In this document: piece after piece, positions 48,561 to 59,489 of the stretch
How the letters are laid out: every line of letters starts with the position of its first letter
Position numbering within the stretch: position 1 is the first letter of the stretch
Program-made: the position numbers and the translations under genes
Notes under the pieces: model-generated
Told to the model about the DNA's origin: nothing
Seen by the model: only the letters and a program-made list of their open reading frames with translations
Database searches by the model: none
Source of the DNA: an uncultured Gemella sp.
GTDB lineage: Bacteria > Bacillota > Bacilli > Staphylococcales > Gemellaceae
DNA: 64,000 nt
Direction of reading: 5' to 3'
Assembly: GCF_963529685.1 (NCBI RefSeq)
Contig: NZ_CAUSAI010000003.1
Coordinates: 7,989 to 71,988, forward strand

Positions 48561-50924
48561 TTACATATAATCTAAGGCTGCATTATCTATTGTTATCGAT
48601 ATTTTTTCTCTCGAAAAACTTTCAGCAAAATAATCATTTATATATTTTAAAATTGGATATAATTGTTTATAATTTTCATCCTTATATCTAATCGCAATAT
48701 TAAATTTATATTCTTTATTTATCTTATAAAACAAACTCTTGTTTGGCCCTAGTATAGATAAACCTTTCTGCTTCCCATTAATAAAACTATATATCATCTT
48801 AGCGACTTGTTCTGTTTTTTTCTCTTCATAACCTTTGATTGTTATAAATGATATTTTACAAAACGGGGGATAATCAATTAGTTTTCGACGATTTAATTCG
48901 TACTTATAAAACTTTTCATAACTATGTTCAATTGCATAATCTATTATATTACTTGCGATGTTTGTTTGAAAAACAACTTCTCCTTCTTTCTTACTACGTC
49001 CTGCTCTTCCTGCAGTTTGAACTAATAATTGGAATAGTTTTTCATTAGCTTTAAAACTAGGTAATGCAATCATACTATCAATTGATAATACCCCTACTAA
49101 AGTAATGTTTGGAAAATCTAAACCTTTTGAAATCATTTGAGTACCTAATAAAATATCAGATTTATGATTTTTAAAATCAGTTAAGAGTTTTTCGTACGCA
49201 CCTTTTTTGCTTGTTGTATCAGAATCCATCCTTGTTATTCTAATACCTGGAATATTTTGATATAAAAACTCTTCTACACGTTGAATACCATAATTACCAG
49301 ATACTAATTCAGGGTATTCACAGCATTTAGAAATACTTGTGATTTTTTTTTGATACCCACAAAAATGACAACGTAATGAGTTATCATGTTTATGATAGTT
49401 TAAACTTATATCACAATTTTCACACTTGTATAAATGCCCACAAGAAAAACAACGAATAAAATTAGTATAACCCCGTTTGTTCATTAATAATAAGACTTGT
49501 TCATTTTTTTCTATTTTTTCTTTAATTCTAATTAATAATTCAGTTGCAATAACGTCTTCTTTATCATCAATGTGAACAACACTAATTTTTGGTAATTTAT
49601 TATTGAATCTATGCGATAATTTTAATAAATTATTAGGATTATTATTTTCAAAATTATAATACAAATCTACAGAAGGTGTTGCACTTGCATATAATACTGT
49701 ACATTTATTATAAAATCCACGTTTTTTAGCAATATCTTTAGCATCATATCTAGGTGAGTCTGTTTGTTTATAACTATTTTCATGCTCTTCATCAATAATA
49801 ACAATACCTAAATTACGAAAAGGAGCGAAAATTGCCGATCTAGTTCCTAAGCATATTTTAACTTTTCCATCTCTTATTTTTTTCCACTCAGTATACTTTT
49901 CTCTAGAATTTAATCTAGAATGAATAACAGCTATATTATCATTGAAGACTTTTCTAAATTTTTTCTCAATCTGTGGTGTTAAAATAATTTCAGGTACTAG
50001 GACTATGGCATCTTTTCCATTTTTAATTACTGTTTCGACAAGTTTAATGTATATTTCCGTTTTACCCGATCCAGTAACACCATGAAGAAGATATTCATTA
50101 AATTTTGATTTATCAAAGTTTTCACTTACTTTATCATAAATAACTTGTTGATATTTACTAAGAGTAGTATCATTTTGAATAATATCTGTATTAATATTCT
50201 TAACAACTTCCTCTTCTACAACCTTTAATATATTTAATTCGAGTAATTTTTTTACAACAGAACTTCCTATATTCAGAATATCCTTTATCTTAGATTTCTT
50301 AATTTTATTATTCTTAAGTAAATAGTTAACTAGTTCTAATTGTTTTTTTGTAAGTTTTTCATTGTTATACTCATTAATTTTAATGTATTCCTCTACTTCA
50401 ACATTATTTACTTCTTTAATTTTACTTATAAGTCTTATAGCTTTGAGTGAGATTAAATAACCAATTTGATCAATAGTAAACAACTTTTCAAATTTTTTCT
50501 TTTCAATTAAATTTTCACTATTAAAATGTTTAGCATAATCTAAAAGTAAAGTGGTATTTGCATCTATTAGTTCATAATACTCAACATATTTATTCTTTAA
50601 ACTAGTGGGGATTAATGTTTCAATTGCTTGAATTCTAGTACAAAACAATTCGTCAGTCATTACTTTAGACAATAGTATCATTTCTTTAGTTAAAATTGGA
50701 AAATCATCTTTAATTTTCTTTATATACTTAAAATCCTTAACCTCTCTAGCCTCTAATTTACCTTTTTTAACAGCTACTATATACCCTTGAATTACTCTTG
50801 AACCAAAAGGTACTTCTACTCTATACCCTTCTAAATCTCTATCTTGCAACTCTCTTGGAATTAAATAATAATAGCTTTGATTAACATTATGATTGTTTAC
50901 ATCAATTATTACTTCAGCATACAT
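48561..50924 (-). CDS. priA: primosomal protein N' (replication restart helicase PriA)
   Basis: GVTGSGKTE Walker A, DEEHE, and Cys-rich zinc fingers (CFSCGHLYKCENC...CHFCG). Confidence 0.93.
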   Translation of the reverse strand: MYAEVIIDVNNHNVNQSYYYLIPRELQDRDLEGYRVEVPFGSRVIQGYIVAVKKGKLEAREVKDFKYIKKIKDDFPILTKEMILLSKVMTDELFCTRIQAIETLIPTSLKNKYVEYYELIDANTTLLLDYAKHFNSENLIEKKKFEKLFTIDQIGYLISLKAIRLISKIKEVNNVEVEEYIKINEYNNEKLTKKQLELVNYLLKNNKIKKSKIKDILNIGSSVVKKLLELNILKVVEEEVVKNINTDIIQNDTTLSKYQQVIYDKVSENFDKSKFNEYLLHGVTGSGKTEIYIKLVETVIKNGKDAIVLVPEIILTPQIEKKFRKVFNDNIAVIHSRLNSREKYTEWKKIRDGKVKICLGTRSAIFAPFRNLGIVIIDEEHENSYKQTDSPRYDAKDIAKKRGFYNKCTVLYASATPSVDLYYNFENNNPNNLLKLSHRFNNKLPKISVVHIDDKEDVIATELLIRIKEKIEKNEQVLLLMNKRGYTNFIRCFSCGHLYKCENCDISLNYHKHDNSLRCHFCGYQKKITSISKCCEYPELVSGNYGIQRVEEFLYQNIPGIRITRMDSDTTSKKGAYEKLLTDFKNHKSDILLGTQMISKGLDFPNITLVGVLSIDSMIALPSFKANEKLFQLLVQTAGRAGRSKKEGEVVFQTNIASNIIDYAIEHSYEKFYKYELNRRKLIDYPPFCKISFITIKGYEEKKTEQVAKMIYSFINGKQKGLSILGPNKSLFYKINKEYKFNIAIRYKDENYKQLYPILKYINDYFAESFSREKISITIDNAALDYM

Positions 50925-50966
50925 AATCTCACCTCACTTTCAATTAATTACATAAATCAATAAATG

Positions 50967-52142
50967 TTACTTTGTCACTTCATTTACTATTGCTCTTGCT
51001 ACATTATCTTTACTATTTTTATCAATCTTAGTTATCTTATCAAACTTGTCTATTATATAGACTTCATTATTATCACTACCAAAGCCTATATCATTTTGTG
51101 AAATATCATTAGCAACTATATAATCAAGGTTCTTTTTAATAATTTTTTCTTTTGCATAATCAATCAAATTATTAGTTTCAGCAGCAAAACCTATTACTTT
51201 TTGATTCTTAGATTTATTTTCTCCAACATATTTGAGTATATCTTGTGTTCTTTTAAATTCTATTGATAAAAAGCCATCTTGTTTCTTAACTTTTTTATCA
51301 AATACTTCAACAGGGGTATAATCTGAAACTGCTGCAGCTTTCACTATATAATCACAATCTTTATAATTATTTCTCACCGCTTCAAACATATCACTAGTGC
51401 TAATTATTTTTATAACATTTATATTTTCATTAATATTATTACTTTCAACGCTTGTTACTAGAATAACACTAGCTCCGCGTCTTGCAAATTCATTGGCAAT
51501 AGCGATACCCATCTTTCCTGAAGATGGATTTGTTAAACATCTAAATGGGTCTATAAATTCCTTAGTTGGTCCAGCAGTAACTAGTACCTTCTTACCTTTT
51601 AAATCAACTCTTTCTGAAGAGAACACTGTTTTTTCAATTTTTTCAATACTTGGAAATTTCCCCTCACCTATATCACCGCACGCTAATAAACCACTATCCG
51701 GTTCAACAAAATTAAAACCAAAACTCTCTAGTTTCCTTATATTCTCTTTAATAATAGGATTATTATACATAGCAGTATTCATAGCAGGTACTATATATAC
51801 TTTTTTAAAATCTCTAACAGCAAGCATTAATGAAGTAGCTAAATCATCAGCAATCCCACTAGAAAATTTTGAAATTATATTTGCTGTAGCAGGAGCAACG
51901 ATTATTTTATCAGCCCATTTAGTCAAATCTATGTGTTGTATTTCTTTTTCATCTAATTCATCAAACGTACTAGTATATACTTTATTTTTTGTTAAAGTCT
52001 GAAAAGGTAAGTGAGTTACAAAATTCTCAGCATTTTTTGTTAAAATAACTTTTACATTGTAACCTTTTTTCACAAGAGAACTAGATAAGTCTATTGCTTT
52101 ATATGCAGCAATTCCTCCAGATACAATTAATAATACATTCAT
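50967..52142 (-). CDS. coaBC: bifunctional phosphopantothenoylcysteine decarboxylase/phosphopantothenate--cysteine ligase
   Basis: N-terminal flavoprotein domain (SGGIAAYK, PAMN) and a C-terminal CoaB domain (NPSSGKMG, AAVSDY). Confidence 0.93.
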   Translation of the reverse strand: MNVLLIVSGGIAAYKAIDLSSSLVKKGYNVKVILTKNAENFVTHLPFQTLTKNKVYTSTFDELDEKEIQHIDLTKWADKIIVAPATANIISKFSSGIADDLATSLMLAVRDFKKVYIVPAMNTAMYNNPIIKENIRKLESFGFNFVEPDSGLLACGDIGEGKFPSIEKIEKTVFSSERVDLKGKKVLVTAGPTKEFIDPFRCLTNPSSGKMGIAIANEFARRGASVILVTSVESNNINENINVIKIISTSDMFEAVRNNYKDCDYIVKAAAVSDYTPVEVFDKKVKKQDGFLSIEFKRTQDILKYVGENKSKNQKVIGFAAETNNLIDYAKEKIIKKNLDYIVANDISQNDIGFGSDNNEVYIIDKFDKITKIDKNSKDNVARAIVNEVTK

Positions 52143-52171
52143 TATTATCTCCTTTTTAATAGATTAATATT

Positions 52172-52492
52172 TTACAAATCATAATCTACTCCGTTCGAGC
52201 CAAATACAGCCGTTTCAAGTTTAGATAATCTTTTTAAAATATCTAAATTAGTAACTTGCACAGGTCTTTCTTCGCGATTTGTATTTTTTAAAGCATCTAT
52301 TTTAATTTTTAGATTTTGATTTTCAATTTCTAATTCTTTTAAGCGAGTTAAAAGTTTATCTAATTTCATATAGTCTTCAATTATTAAATCCAAATAATCA
52401 TTTACATCTTCTTCACTATATCCTTTAACTCTACTTTTTTTAAATTCTTTTTCATATATTTCTTTTGCAGTTAAATTCAATTCTACACTCAT
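52172..52492 (-). CDS. gpsB: cell-cycle protein GpsB (DivIVA-domain)
   Basis: LTAKEIYEKEFKKSRVKGYSEEDVNDYLD DivIVA N-terminal domain. 106 aa. Confidence 0.8.
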   Translation of the reverse strand: MSVELNLTAKEIYEKEFKKSRVKGYSEEDVNDYLDLIIEDYMKLDKLLTRLKELEIENQNLKIKIDALKNTNREERPVQVTNLDILKRLSKLETAVFGSNGVDYDL

Positions 52493-52505
52493 AGTCTAGA
52501 CTCCT

Positions 52506-53255
52506 TTACTTAAATTCGCTAAAATAAGCTACACAACTAACAAAATATAGCGGAGCTGTTTCAGCTCTTAATATTCTTTTACCTAATCCTATCACACTAA
52601 ATTTATTCTCAGTTAAAATATTAATCTCATTTTCTGATAGACCACCTTCACTTCCAAAAACTGCTATTACATCTTTATTATTTAACTCCGAATTTAATAG
52701 ATTTCTAAGATTAATATTATCTTCATTTACTGATTCTTTTTCATAAGCCACCACTTTATGATCATATTTCTCAGCAAAATTCACTAAATCTCTTAAACTA
52801 TCAACATATGTAATATCTGGTATAAGATTTCGTTTTGATTGTTCTGAGGCTTCTTTAATAATTTTTGACCATCTATTAAGTTTAGAATCTACTTTATCCT
52901 TCTTGATTTTAGCAATGTTTCTTTCTGAATTAAATAGAACTATATTACTTATTCCAAGTTCTGTTAGTTTTTGAATTAAGTATTCTATCTTATCATTTTT
53001 TAATGGCGGTATAGCTACTGTGATTTTTGTTGGAAGCTCATTACTACCGCTTACCTGCTCGTATGGAACAACTAATACCTTATCTACATTATTATCTATA
53101 ATTGTACAAATATATTTAATTTCATTTTTAAATACAACATACACTTTATCATTATTTTGTTTTCTCATAATTCTTACAATATGATTACTATCTTCTTTTG
53201 ATAATTCATATGTTGATTCAACATTTAACTCTTCATTTAAAAAATACTGTTGCAT
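52506..53255 (-). CDS. rsmE: 16S rRNA (uracil1498-N3)-methyltransferase
   Basis: MQQYF start, a PUA-like N-terminus, and SEGG plus LGKRILRAETA near the C-terminus. Confidence 0.88.
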   Translation of the reverse strand: MQQYFLNEELNVESTYELSKEDSNHIVRIMRKQNNDKVYVVFKNEIKYICTIIDNNVDKVLVVPYEQVSGSNELPTKITVAIPPLKNDKIEYLIQKLTELGISNIVLFNSERNIAKIKKDKVDSKLNRWSKIIKEASEQSKRNLIPDITYVDSLRDLVNFAEKYDHKVVAYEKESVNEDNINLRNLLNSELNNKDVIAVFGSEGGLSENEINILTENKFSVIGLGKRILRAETAPLYFVSCVAYFSEFK

Positions 53256-53341
53256 AATTTCTCCTAAGTTTTTATCTTACAATTAATTTTACCTTATTCT
53301 TTATTTTTTATCAATAGTACCATTTTAAATATAAAAAGAGC

Positions 53342-53398
53342 GGGAGTGACTCTAAAATCTCAATTTCATAGAAATCGATTTTGTTGAGTCAGCACCGC
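53342..53398 (-). repeat. dispersed modular repeat, copy 5 (solo H hairpin), positioned as the mltG terminator
   Basis: GGGAGTGACTCTAAAATC-loop-GATTTTGTTGAGTCAGCACCGC begins 15 nt after the mltG stop. GCTCTTTTTAT follows on the - strand. Confidence 0.8.
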
Positions 53399-53412
53399 TC
53401 ATTAATATTTTA

Positions 53413-54543
53413 TTAACTTCCTGAAGGAATATATCCTTCAATATGTTCCTTAGCTAATTTTTCATGTTCGTCATATGTTTTAGAAAAGTACGCCTTACCA
53501 CCTTTAGTAGCGTGTAGGAAATATAAATAATCTGTATTTTCGGCATTATTTAGTGCTTCATAAGAAACAGATCCAATAGACGAAATAGGTCCTGGAGGTA
53601 ATCCTACCACCACATACGTATTATATGGAGAATTTAAACTTAATTCTGCTTGTGTTGGCGCACCAGTAAGTTTATCAGCCGCATAGTTAGCCGAAGGATC
53701 AGTTTGTAATTTCATACCTTGAGCCAACCTATTTAGAAATACACTCGCAATAAGTTTGTTTTCATCAGACTTGGTAGATTCTTTTTCAAGTATACTTGCC
53801 ATTGTCATATAATCATGAATAGAAATTTGTTTCTCTTGTCCACTAATTTTCCATAAACGACTATTCTTTTTGTACAAAGGAACTACTTTGTCATTTGTTA
53901 ATTTAACCATCTTAGTAATTAATCCCTCGACAGTCTCATCATCAGTAAGATTATAAATTGCTGGATATAAATATCCCTCTAACGCATATTTAATATCTTT
54001 TCCGTAAACTTCATCTGTTATAAGCTCTGGAAATTGTTTTTGAAGTTTTTTTATAAATTCCGCATCATTAACCTTAGCCAAAAATTCTTCTGAACTTAGA
54101 TTTGTTTTTTCAAGATTTTTAGCAATTTTTAATATGCTGTCACCTTCTATCAAAGCAAAACTATTTCTTGACGTTGCTTTATCTTTTGTTCCCAATTCTT
54201 GTATAATCTGCGATAAATTCATACTTTGTTTCAAATTAAATTTACCTACATAAAATGAAGTATTAGGTGATAATCTAGCGTACAATTTAAATACTTCTTC
54301 ATTGCGTATTAGACCTTTTGCCTTTAATTCTTGAGCAATTTTAGCGCTACCGTAATTTTCTTTTATTTCAACAGTAACATCTTTATTGTTGCTTTTATCT
54401 ACTGGAGTTGTCATGTAATAGAATCCTGATAAAACAACAATACCTAAAACAACGATGATAGTTAATAACATAGGAATAATAGATTTTTTTCTTCTATTTT
54501 TTTGCCTAAGTTCTCTACTTCTTCTTATTTTATCTTCTCTCAT
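53413..54543 (-). CDS. mltG: endolytic murein transglycosylase MltG (YceG-like)
   Basis: N-terminal TM segment and the YceG domain with ILEKES, NRL, SPYNTY and GLPPGPI. Confidence 0.9.
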   Translation of the reverse strand: MREDKIRRSRELRQKNRRKKSIIPMLLTIIVVLGIVVLSGFYYMTTPVDKSNNKDVTVEIKENYGSAKIAQELKAKGLIRNEEVFKLYARLSPNTSFYVGKFNLKQSMNLSQIIQELGTKDKATSRNSFALIEGDSILKIAKNLEKTNLSSEEFLAKVNDAEFIKKLQKQFPELITDEVYGKDIKYALEGYLYPAIYNLTDDETVEGLITKMVKLTNDKVVPLYKKNSRLWKISGQEKQISIHDYMTMASILEKESTKSDENKLIASVFLNRLAQGMKLQTDPSANYAADKLTGAPTQAELSLNSPYNTYVVVGLPPGPISSIGSVSYEALNNAENTDYLYFLHATKGGKAYFSKTYDEHEKLAKEHIEGYIPSGS

Positions 54544-54546
54544 CTT

Positions 54547-54849
54547 TTATTCACTCTCGTCGTAATAAAAAGTATCTAGTACTTCTGAAATCATATCATA
54601 TTCTTCATCTGTTTCAACTGGTTCAAATCTCATTTCATCACCATCTTCTACACATACCATAGGGAAGATACTGATTTCTTCTTCATCAATAGTTTCCTCT
54701 TCAGCGAAGATATAGTATAAATTACCATTTGTAGGGTTCGTAAATTCTAATATTTTACGATACTCTTTTTCTTCACCTTCTAAAGTACTAAGTGTATATA
54801 CCTCTTCAGTATTATCAATACTAATGTTTTTTAAATCTTTCTCTTGCAT
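54547..54849 (-). CDS. DUF1292 family protein
   Basis: 100 aa and acidic. Sits between ruvX and mltG, as commonly seen in Firmicutes. Confidence 0.7.
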   Translation of the reverse strand: MQEKDLKNISIDNTEEVYTLSTLEGEEKEYRKILEFTNPTNGNLYYIFAEEETIDEEEISIFPMVCVEDGDEMRFEPVETDEEYDMISEVLDTFYYDESE

Positions 54850-54874
54850 TTTATTATCCTCCTGAGATTTTATA

Positions 54875-55303
54875 TTAATTTAATTTATCTAAATATGTCT
54901 GCAATATTAATACAGCAGCCATTTTATCAATAACATTTTTTCTTTTTTTTCTTGAAACATTAGCTTCAAGAAGTACTCTTTCAGCACCCATCGTTGTCAA
55001 TCGCTCATCTTGTAGAATAATTTCGACATTTTTTATTTTCTTTTTTAATACTTCTACAAAATATAGTGTCGCCTCTCCTCTAAATCCTACAGAATTGTCC
55101 ATGTTTTTAGGAAGACCTACAACAATAGTTCCTACATTATGCTCCAATACAAGCTCTTTTATTCTTTTAATCTTGAAATCTTTTACCTGCTCATTGATAT
55201 TAATTGTTTCAATACCTTGAGCAGTAAAACCTAATAGATCACTAACGGCTACACCTATGGTTTTCGATCCATAATCTAGCCCCATAATTCTTTTTTCTAA
55301 CAT
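54875..55303 (-). CDS. ruvX: putative pre-16S rRNA nuclease / Holliday junction resolvase-like YqgF
   Basis: [16 protein letters not shown]-terminus and DERLTT motif. Confidence 0.9.
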   Translation of the reverse strand: MLEKRIMGLDYGSKTIGVAVSDLLGFTAQGIETININEQVKDFKIKRIKELVLEHNVGTIVVGLPKNMDNSVGFRGEATLYFVEVLKKKIKNVEIILQDERLTTMGAERVLLEANVSRKKRKNVIDKMAAVLILQTYLDKLN

Positions 55304-55558
55304 CTATGACTCCTGTATAAAAAAGTATAGTAAATATTCTAATATATCATCCATTTCCACAAGTCTGATTTGCTCCCTAGCATGATTATCACGAGGAATA
55401 TATACTGGGTCTGCCGTTTTAATATAACCCATAAGTTGATTGATTGGGTCATATCCTCGGCTTTTTATTGTTTCTACTACATTCTTCAATATATTATGAA
55501 TATCATTTTTATCATATAAATTGCTATCAAATAATCTTGTTTCATCGAAATTTGTCAT
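55304..55558 (-). CDS. ireB: IreB (UPF0297/DUF965) protein
   Basis: GYDPINQLMGYIKTADPVYIPRDNHAR matches the IreB core. Confidence 0.8.
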   Translation of the reverse strand: MTNFDETRLFDSNLYDKNDIHNILKNVVETIKSRGYDPINQLMGYIKTADPVYIPRDNHAREQIRLVEMDDILEYLLYFFIQES

Positions 55559-55573
55559 AATCTTTACCTCCGA

Positions 55574-56416
55574 TTATACTAACTCTACTAAGATACCTAC
55601 TGCATTTTCACCTGTATGCGTTGAAATAATTGGTGTTGTTGTGAATATTTCATCTTCACTAACTTCATAATCAAACGCTTCTTTTAACTCTGATTTTATT
55701 ATTGTAATATATTCATCAGCAATTGAATTTGGTAAACTTATACTTTTTATTGTTCTATCATTTTTATCTTCTTCTATGTGGTTAATTAAAGTCTTAATAA
55801 GTTTCTTTTTACCACGAACCTTATCTAAAGCAACTAACTCAGTTTCTTTTAATTGAGTTAAAACCTTAATATTTAATAAACCTCCAATTAAAGCTTGTGA
55901 CTTACTTAGTCTACCACCTTTTACTAAATTGTCAAGTTTATCGATTGTAACATAAGTTAAAATATTTTTAGTCTTTTCTCTTAAATTAGCAACAATAGTT
56001 TCTAAGTCTACATTACCTTCAAGTTGTTTTAAACATTCTTTTAAAATAAAAACCATACCTCGTGTAGTAGTTTTAGTATCCACTACATACACTCCATCAA
56101 ACTCTGAACTTGCGGTCACAGCCGTATTATAAGTTCCACTTAAAGCAGACGATAATGTTAAGACAATAACTTTATATCCCTCACTAGTCCACTTTTCAAA
56201 TACTTCAATAAATTTACCAATAGCTGGTTGGCTTGTTGAATATGAAGTTGCGGTGCGCATTTTTTCAATATACTCATCATTACTTATTGTACGATAATCA
56301 TATTCAATACCATCCACATTAATAGTAAGCGGAATAATATCAACATCATATTTTTTTATTTCATCAAAAGTTAAATCACTAGATGAATCGATTACAATTT
56401 TTACTTTTTCTACCAT
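55574..56416 (-). CDS. DegV-family fatty-acid-binding protein
   Basis: IVIDSSSDL N-terminus, STSQP and SSALSGTY motifs. Confidence 0.88.
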   Translation of the reverse strand: MVEKVKIVIDSSSDLTFDEIKKYDVDIIPLTINVDGIEYDYRTISNDEYIEKMRTATSYSTSQPAIGKFIEVFEKWTSEGYKVIVLTLSSALSGTYNTAVTASSEFDGVYVVDTKTTTRGMVFILKECLKQLEGNVDLETIVANLREKTKNILTYVTIDKLDNLVKGGRLSKSQALIGGLLNIKVLTQLKETELVALDKVRGKKKLIKTLINHIEEDKNDRTIKSISLPNSIADEYITIIKSELKEAFDYEVSEDEIFTTTPIISTHTGENAVGILVELV

Positions 56417-56908
56417 TTACTCTCCCCTCTTTCTCTTATAATGTATAAATGCAAAGTCAAATTCATTTTCTTCATCTTTTGAAAATTCTTGTCTACTAAC
56501 TAATTCCCATTCATTTAAGTCAAAATCAGGAAACTTCGTATCAGCTTCTACTATAGTATCAACTTCAGTAATAAACATTTCATCGCATTTATCAATATAC
56601 ATATTATATATAGCTCCACCACCAAAAATAAATACTTTGTCTGTTTCTATATTTTCTAATATTGTATCATCAGAATAAACTTCGATATTTTTATAATGAC
56701 TTAAAGAACTCTTATCTCTGGTTAGTACCCTGTTAATTCTATTTGGTAAGGCGCGCCCTATACTGTCTAGTGTTTTGCGCCCCATGATAATAGTTTGATT
56801 AGTTGTAAGTTCTTTAACTCTTAACATATCCTTTTTTATTCGCCATGGAATAGTGTTTTCCTGACCAATAGATTTATTTTTATCATATGCAACAATTAGC
56901 GATAACAT
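56417..56908 (-). CDS. folA: dihydrofolate reductase
   Basis: LPWR-like IPWRIKKDMLRVKELT, MGRKT and IFGGGAIY. Adjacent to thyA. Confidence 0.92.
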   Translation of the reverse strand: MLSLIVAYDKNKSIGQENTIPWRIKKDMLRVKELTTNQTIIMGRKTLDSIGRALPNRINRVLTRDKSSLSHYKNIEVYSDDTILENIETDKVFIFGGGAIYNMYIDKCDEMFITEVDTIVEADTKFPDFDLNEWELVSRQEFSKDEENEFDFAFIHYKRKRGE

Positions 56909-56918
56909 AGCGTTCCTC

Positions 56919-57851
56919 CTATACTGCGATTGGGGCTTTTATAAATGGATGACTTTCATAATTTACAAGTTCTACATCACCTATTTGAAGATCAAATATA
57001 CTATCAAAATCATTAATTTTTAAAGTAGGTAATGCAAACGGCTCTCTAGACATCTGCTCTTTTACTTGTTCAAAATGATTACTATAAATATGAGCATCCC
57101 CAAGGGTATGTACAAATTCTCCTATCTCTAGATTACACTCTTTAGCGATTAATATTGTTAATAATGCATAAGAGGCGATATTGAAAGGCACTCCTAAGAA
57201 TACATCACCGCTTCTTTGATATAATTGGCAACTTAATTTACCATCATTAACATAGAATTGGAATAATGAATGACAAGGTGGTAACGCCATTGAATCAACT
57301 TCAGCAGGATTCCAAGACGAAACTATTAAGCGACGCGATGATGGATTTTTTTTGATTTGTTCCACAACATTTTTTAATTGATCAATACCATTAAAATCAC
57401 GCCATTGTTTTCCATAAACATTACCTAAATCACCATATTTGCTAGAAAAATCCTCATCTGAAAGAATCTTTTCTTTAAATAAGTTCATTTGTTCTTTATA
57501 AAGTTTAGAAAATTCCTCATCTACTAATGTGCGATGCCCGAAATCTGTCATATCAGGACCGGTATATTCATCACTTTCTATCCATTTTTTAAATGCCCAT
57601 TCATTCCAAATGTTATTTTTATTTTGAAGTAAAAACTTAATATTTGTATCACCTTTTATAAACCAAAGTAATTCAGACCATACTAAATTAAAATTTACTT
57701 TTTTAGTCGTTAATAACGGAAAACCTTTTGAAAGATCAAACTTCATCTGATAACCAAAAATACTTTTAGTACCAACTCCTGTCCTATCTTCCTTAGAAAT
57801 ACCATTATCCAAAATATTTTGACATAATTTTAAATATTCTTTATCTACCAC
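56919..57851 (-). CDS. thyA: thymidylate synthase (long form)
   Basis: [32 protein letters not shown] and DAHIY. GTG start. Confidence 0.96.
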   Translation of the reverse strand: MVDKEYLKLCQNILDNGISKEDRTGVGTKSIFGYQMKFDLSKGFPLLTTKKVNFNLVWSELLWFIKGDTNIKFLLQNKNNIWNEWAFKKWIESDEYTGPDMTDFGHRTLVDEEFSKLYKEQMNLFKEKILSDEDFSSKYGDLGNVYGKQWRDFNGIDQLKNVVEQIKKNPSSRRLIVSSWNPAEVDSMALPPCHSLFQFYVNDGKLSCQLYQRSGDVFLGVPFNIASYALLTILIAKECNLEIGEFVHTLGDAHIYSNHFEQVKEQMSREPFALPTLKINDFDSIFDLQIGDVELVNYESHPFIKAPIAV

Positions 57852-57863
57852 TATAATTCTCCT

Positions 57864-58253
57864 TTACGCTTTATAATTATTGTCTTTTAAGTATTTCATT
57901 AAGTCTTTAATTTTTTCTAATGAACTTCGTCCAAAGTGGTGTTCAATACCTTCAACTTCATCATATACTTTATCTTCATCTACGCCTATTAATCTTAGAA
58001 AATCTTCTAATAACTCATGTCTAGTAAGTGCGTATTCTCCCATTTTTTCACCTTGTTCAGTTAGGGCAATACCTCTATACTTCTCATAAACTATATATCC
58101 TTCAACATCAAGTTTTTTTAACATTTTAGTTACTGTAGAAGGATAAACTTCAAGTTTTTCTGCAATATCCGCACTTCTAGCGTAACCTTTATTTTTTACT
58201 AAAGAATATATTACTTCAATGTAATCTTCCATTGTTGGTGTTGCTTTTGCCAT
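57864..58253 (-). CDS. mntR: manganese-dependent transcriptional regulator MntR (DtxR family)
   Basis: TPTMEDYIEVIYSL..KGYAR, YEKYRGIALTEQG and EGIEHH closely parallel B. subtilis MntR. Confidence 0.88.
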   Translation of the reverse strand: MAKATPTMEDYIEVIYSLVKNKGYARSADIAEKLEVYPSTVTKMLKKLDVEGYIVYEKYRGIALTEQGEKMGEYALTRHELLEDFLRLIGVDEDKVYDEVEGIEHHFGRSSLEKIKDLMKYLKDNNYKA

Positions 58254-58309
58254 ACTTATGTACCTCCTTATGATATAAATTTGGGTTACTAAAGGAACCT
58301 CCTATATCC

Positions 58310-59089
58310 TTATATTATTTTAAACGGTGATGCTTCTACATCTGATTTTTTTACCTTCACATCCAATTCAGTAATATAATTTAACAATAAATCTTTTACT
58401 AAACTTTCTGCATAATGTCCAATATCTATTATATTCTTTTTCATTTCAATAGCATCTAAAGCTGCATGATATCCTACGTCACCTGTTAAGTAAACATCTA
58501 CCTCTTCAGGTAAAGTATAAAGAAAATCTGCGCCGCTTCCACCTAATAGTGCAACTGTACTTATTTCTTTCTCTTCACCAATTACAGCCGAGACTGTTTC
58601 TAACGAATATTTTTCTTTTACATATTTAATGAAGTCACTAAAAACTAGCGTTTTTTCTAACTTTCCAATTCTTCCTAAACCGGCAGTATTATCTAAATTA
58701 TGTTCAAACAGTACATTAATATCCTTTAAGTTAAGTAATTTAGCTAAATGATCATTAAGTCCAAGAGTTGCTGAATCTAAATTAGTATGGAATGAAATTA
58801 CCGCAATATCATTTTTAATTAGATCTCTAATAATATTAGATTTAAAATCTTCTGTGAAATCAAGCGACTTTAGAGGTTTAAAAATCAGTGGATGATGCGA
58901 TACTATTAAGTCAATATTGTTAGCTATTGCTTCTTCAACAACCTTAGTAGTTACATCTAAGCAAACTAATACTTCATTTACCTCATTATTATAATCTCCT
59001 AACATTAAGCCAACATTGTCCCATTTTTCAGCCAGCTTAACATCAGCTAATTTATTAAGATGGTTATATACATTTTTAACTGTAACCAC
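58310..59089 (-). CDS. Nif3-family (YqfO/YbgI-like) metal-binding protein, short form
   Basis: VSHHPLIFKP, HTNLD and GHYASE-like GHYAES motifs. GTG start with GGAGG upstream. Confidence 0.85.
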   Translation of the reverse strand: MVTVKNVYNHLNKLADVKLAEKWDNVGLMLGDYNNEVNEVLVCLDVTTKVVEEAIANNIDLIVSHHPLIFKPLKSLDFTEDFKSNIIRDLIKNDIAVISFHTNLDSATLGLNDHLAKLLNLKDINVLFEHNLDNTAGLGRIGKLEKTLVFSDFIKYVKEKYSLETVSAVIGEEKEISTVALLGGSGADFLYTLPEEVDVYLTGDVGYHAALDAIEMKKNIIDIGHYAESLVKDLLLNYITELDVKVKKSDVEASPFKII

Positions 59090-59225
59090 AGATTAAACCT
59101 CCTTTTTTTATTATCATTTTATTATAACACTTTATAAAAAAAATTGCCATAACGAAACTTATTTTGTAACTAAAATAACATATTCATTTCCTGTAATATT
59201 TTTTCTTTTTCTATAAAATGTAGCT

Positions 59226-59398
59226 GGGAGTGACTCAAAAATCGCTCTTTCTAGAAACAAGATTTTGTCTAGTCATCCCACACAGTTTGTTAGATATCTA
59301 AAAATCTTTTATAAAGTGAATTTAAATATCAATAAACCACTGCGTATATGAATTTTTATATAAACCTTGTTAAAATTTAGGACTTTTGGGTCAGACCC
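59226..59398 (-). repeat. dispersed modular repeat, copy 6 (full length), in the divergent nif3/recD2 intergenic region
   Basis: The reverse complement aligns end to end with 15461-15635 (GGGTCTGACCCAAAAGTCCTAAATTTT...GATTTTTGAGTCACTCCC). Confidence 0.9.
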
Positions 59399-59489
59399 TT
59401 TATCTACAATTATTTTTATTATCCTCACTAGACATTTTCATTATTATATATTATCATTGTTCATAGGAAGAAATTTGTAGGAGATTTAT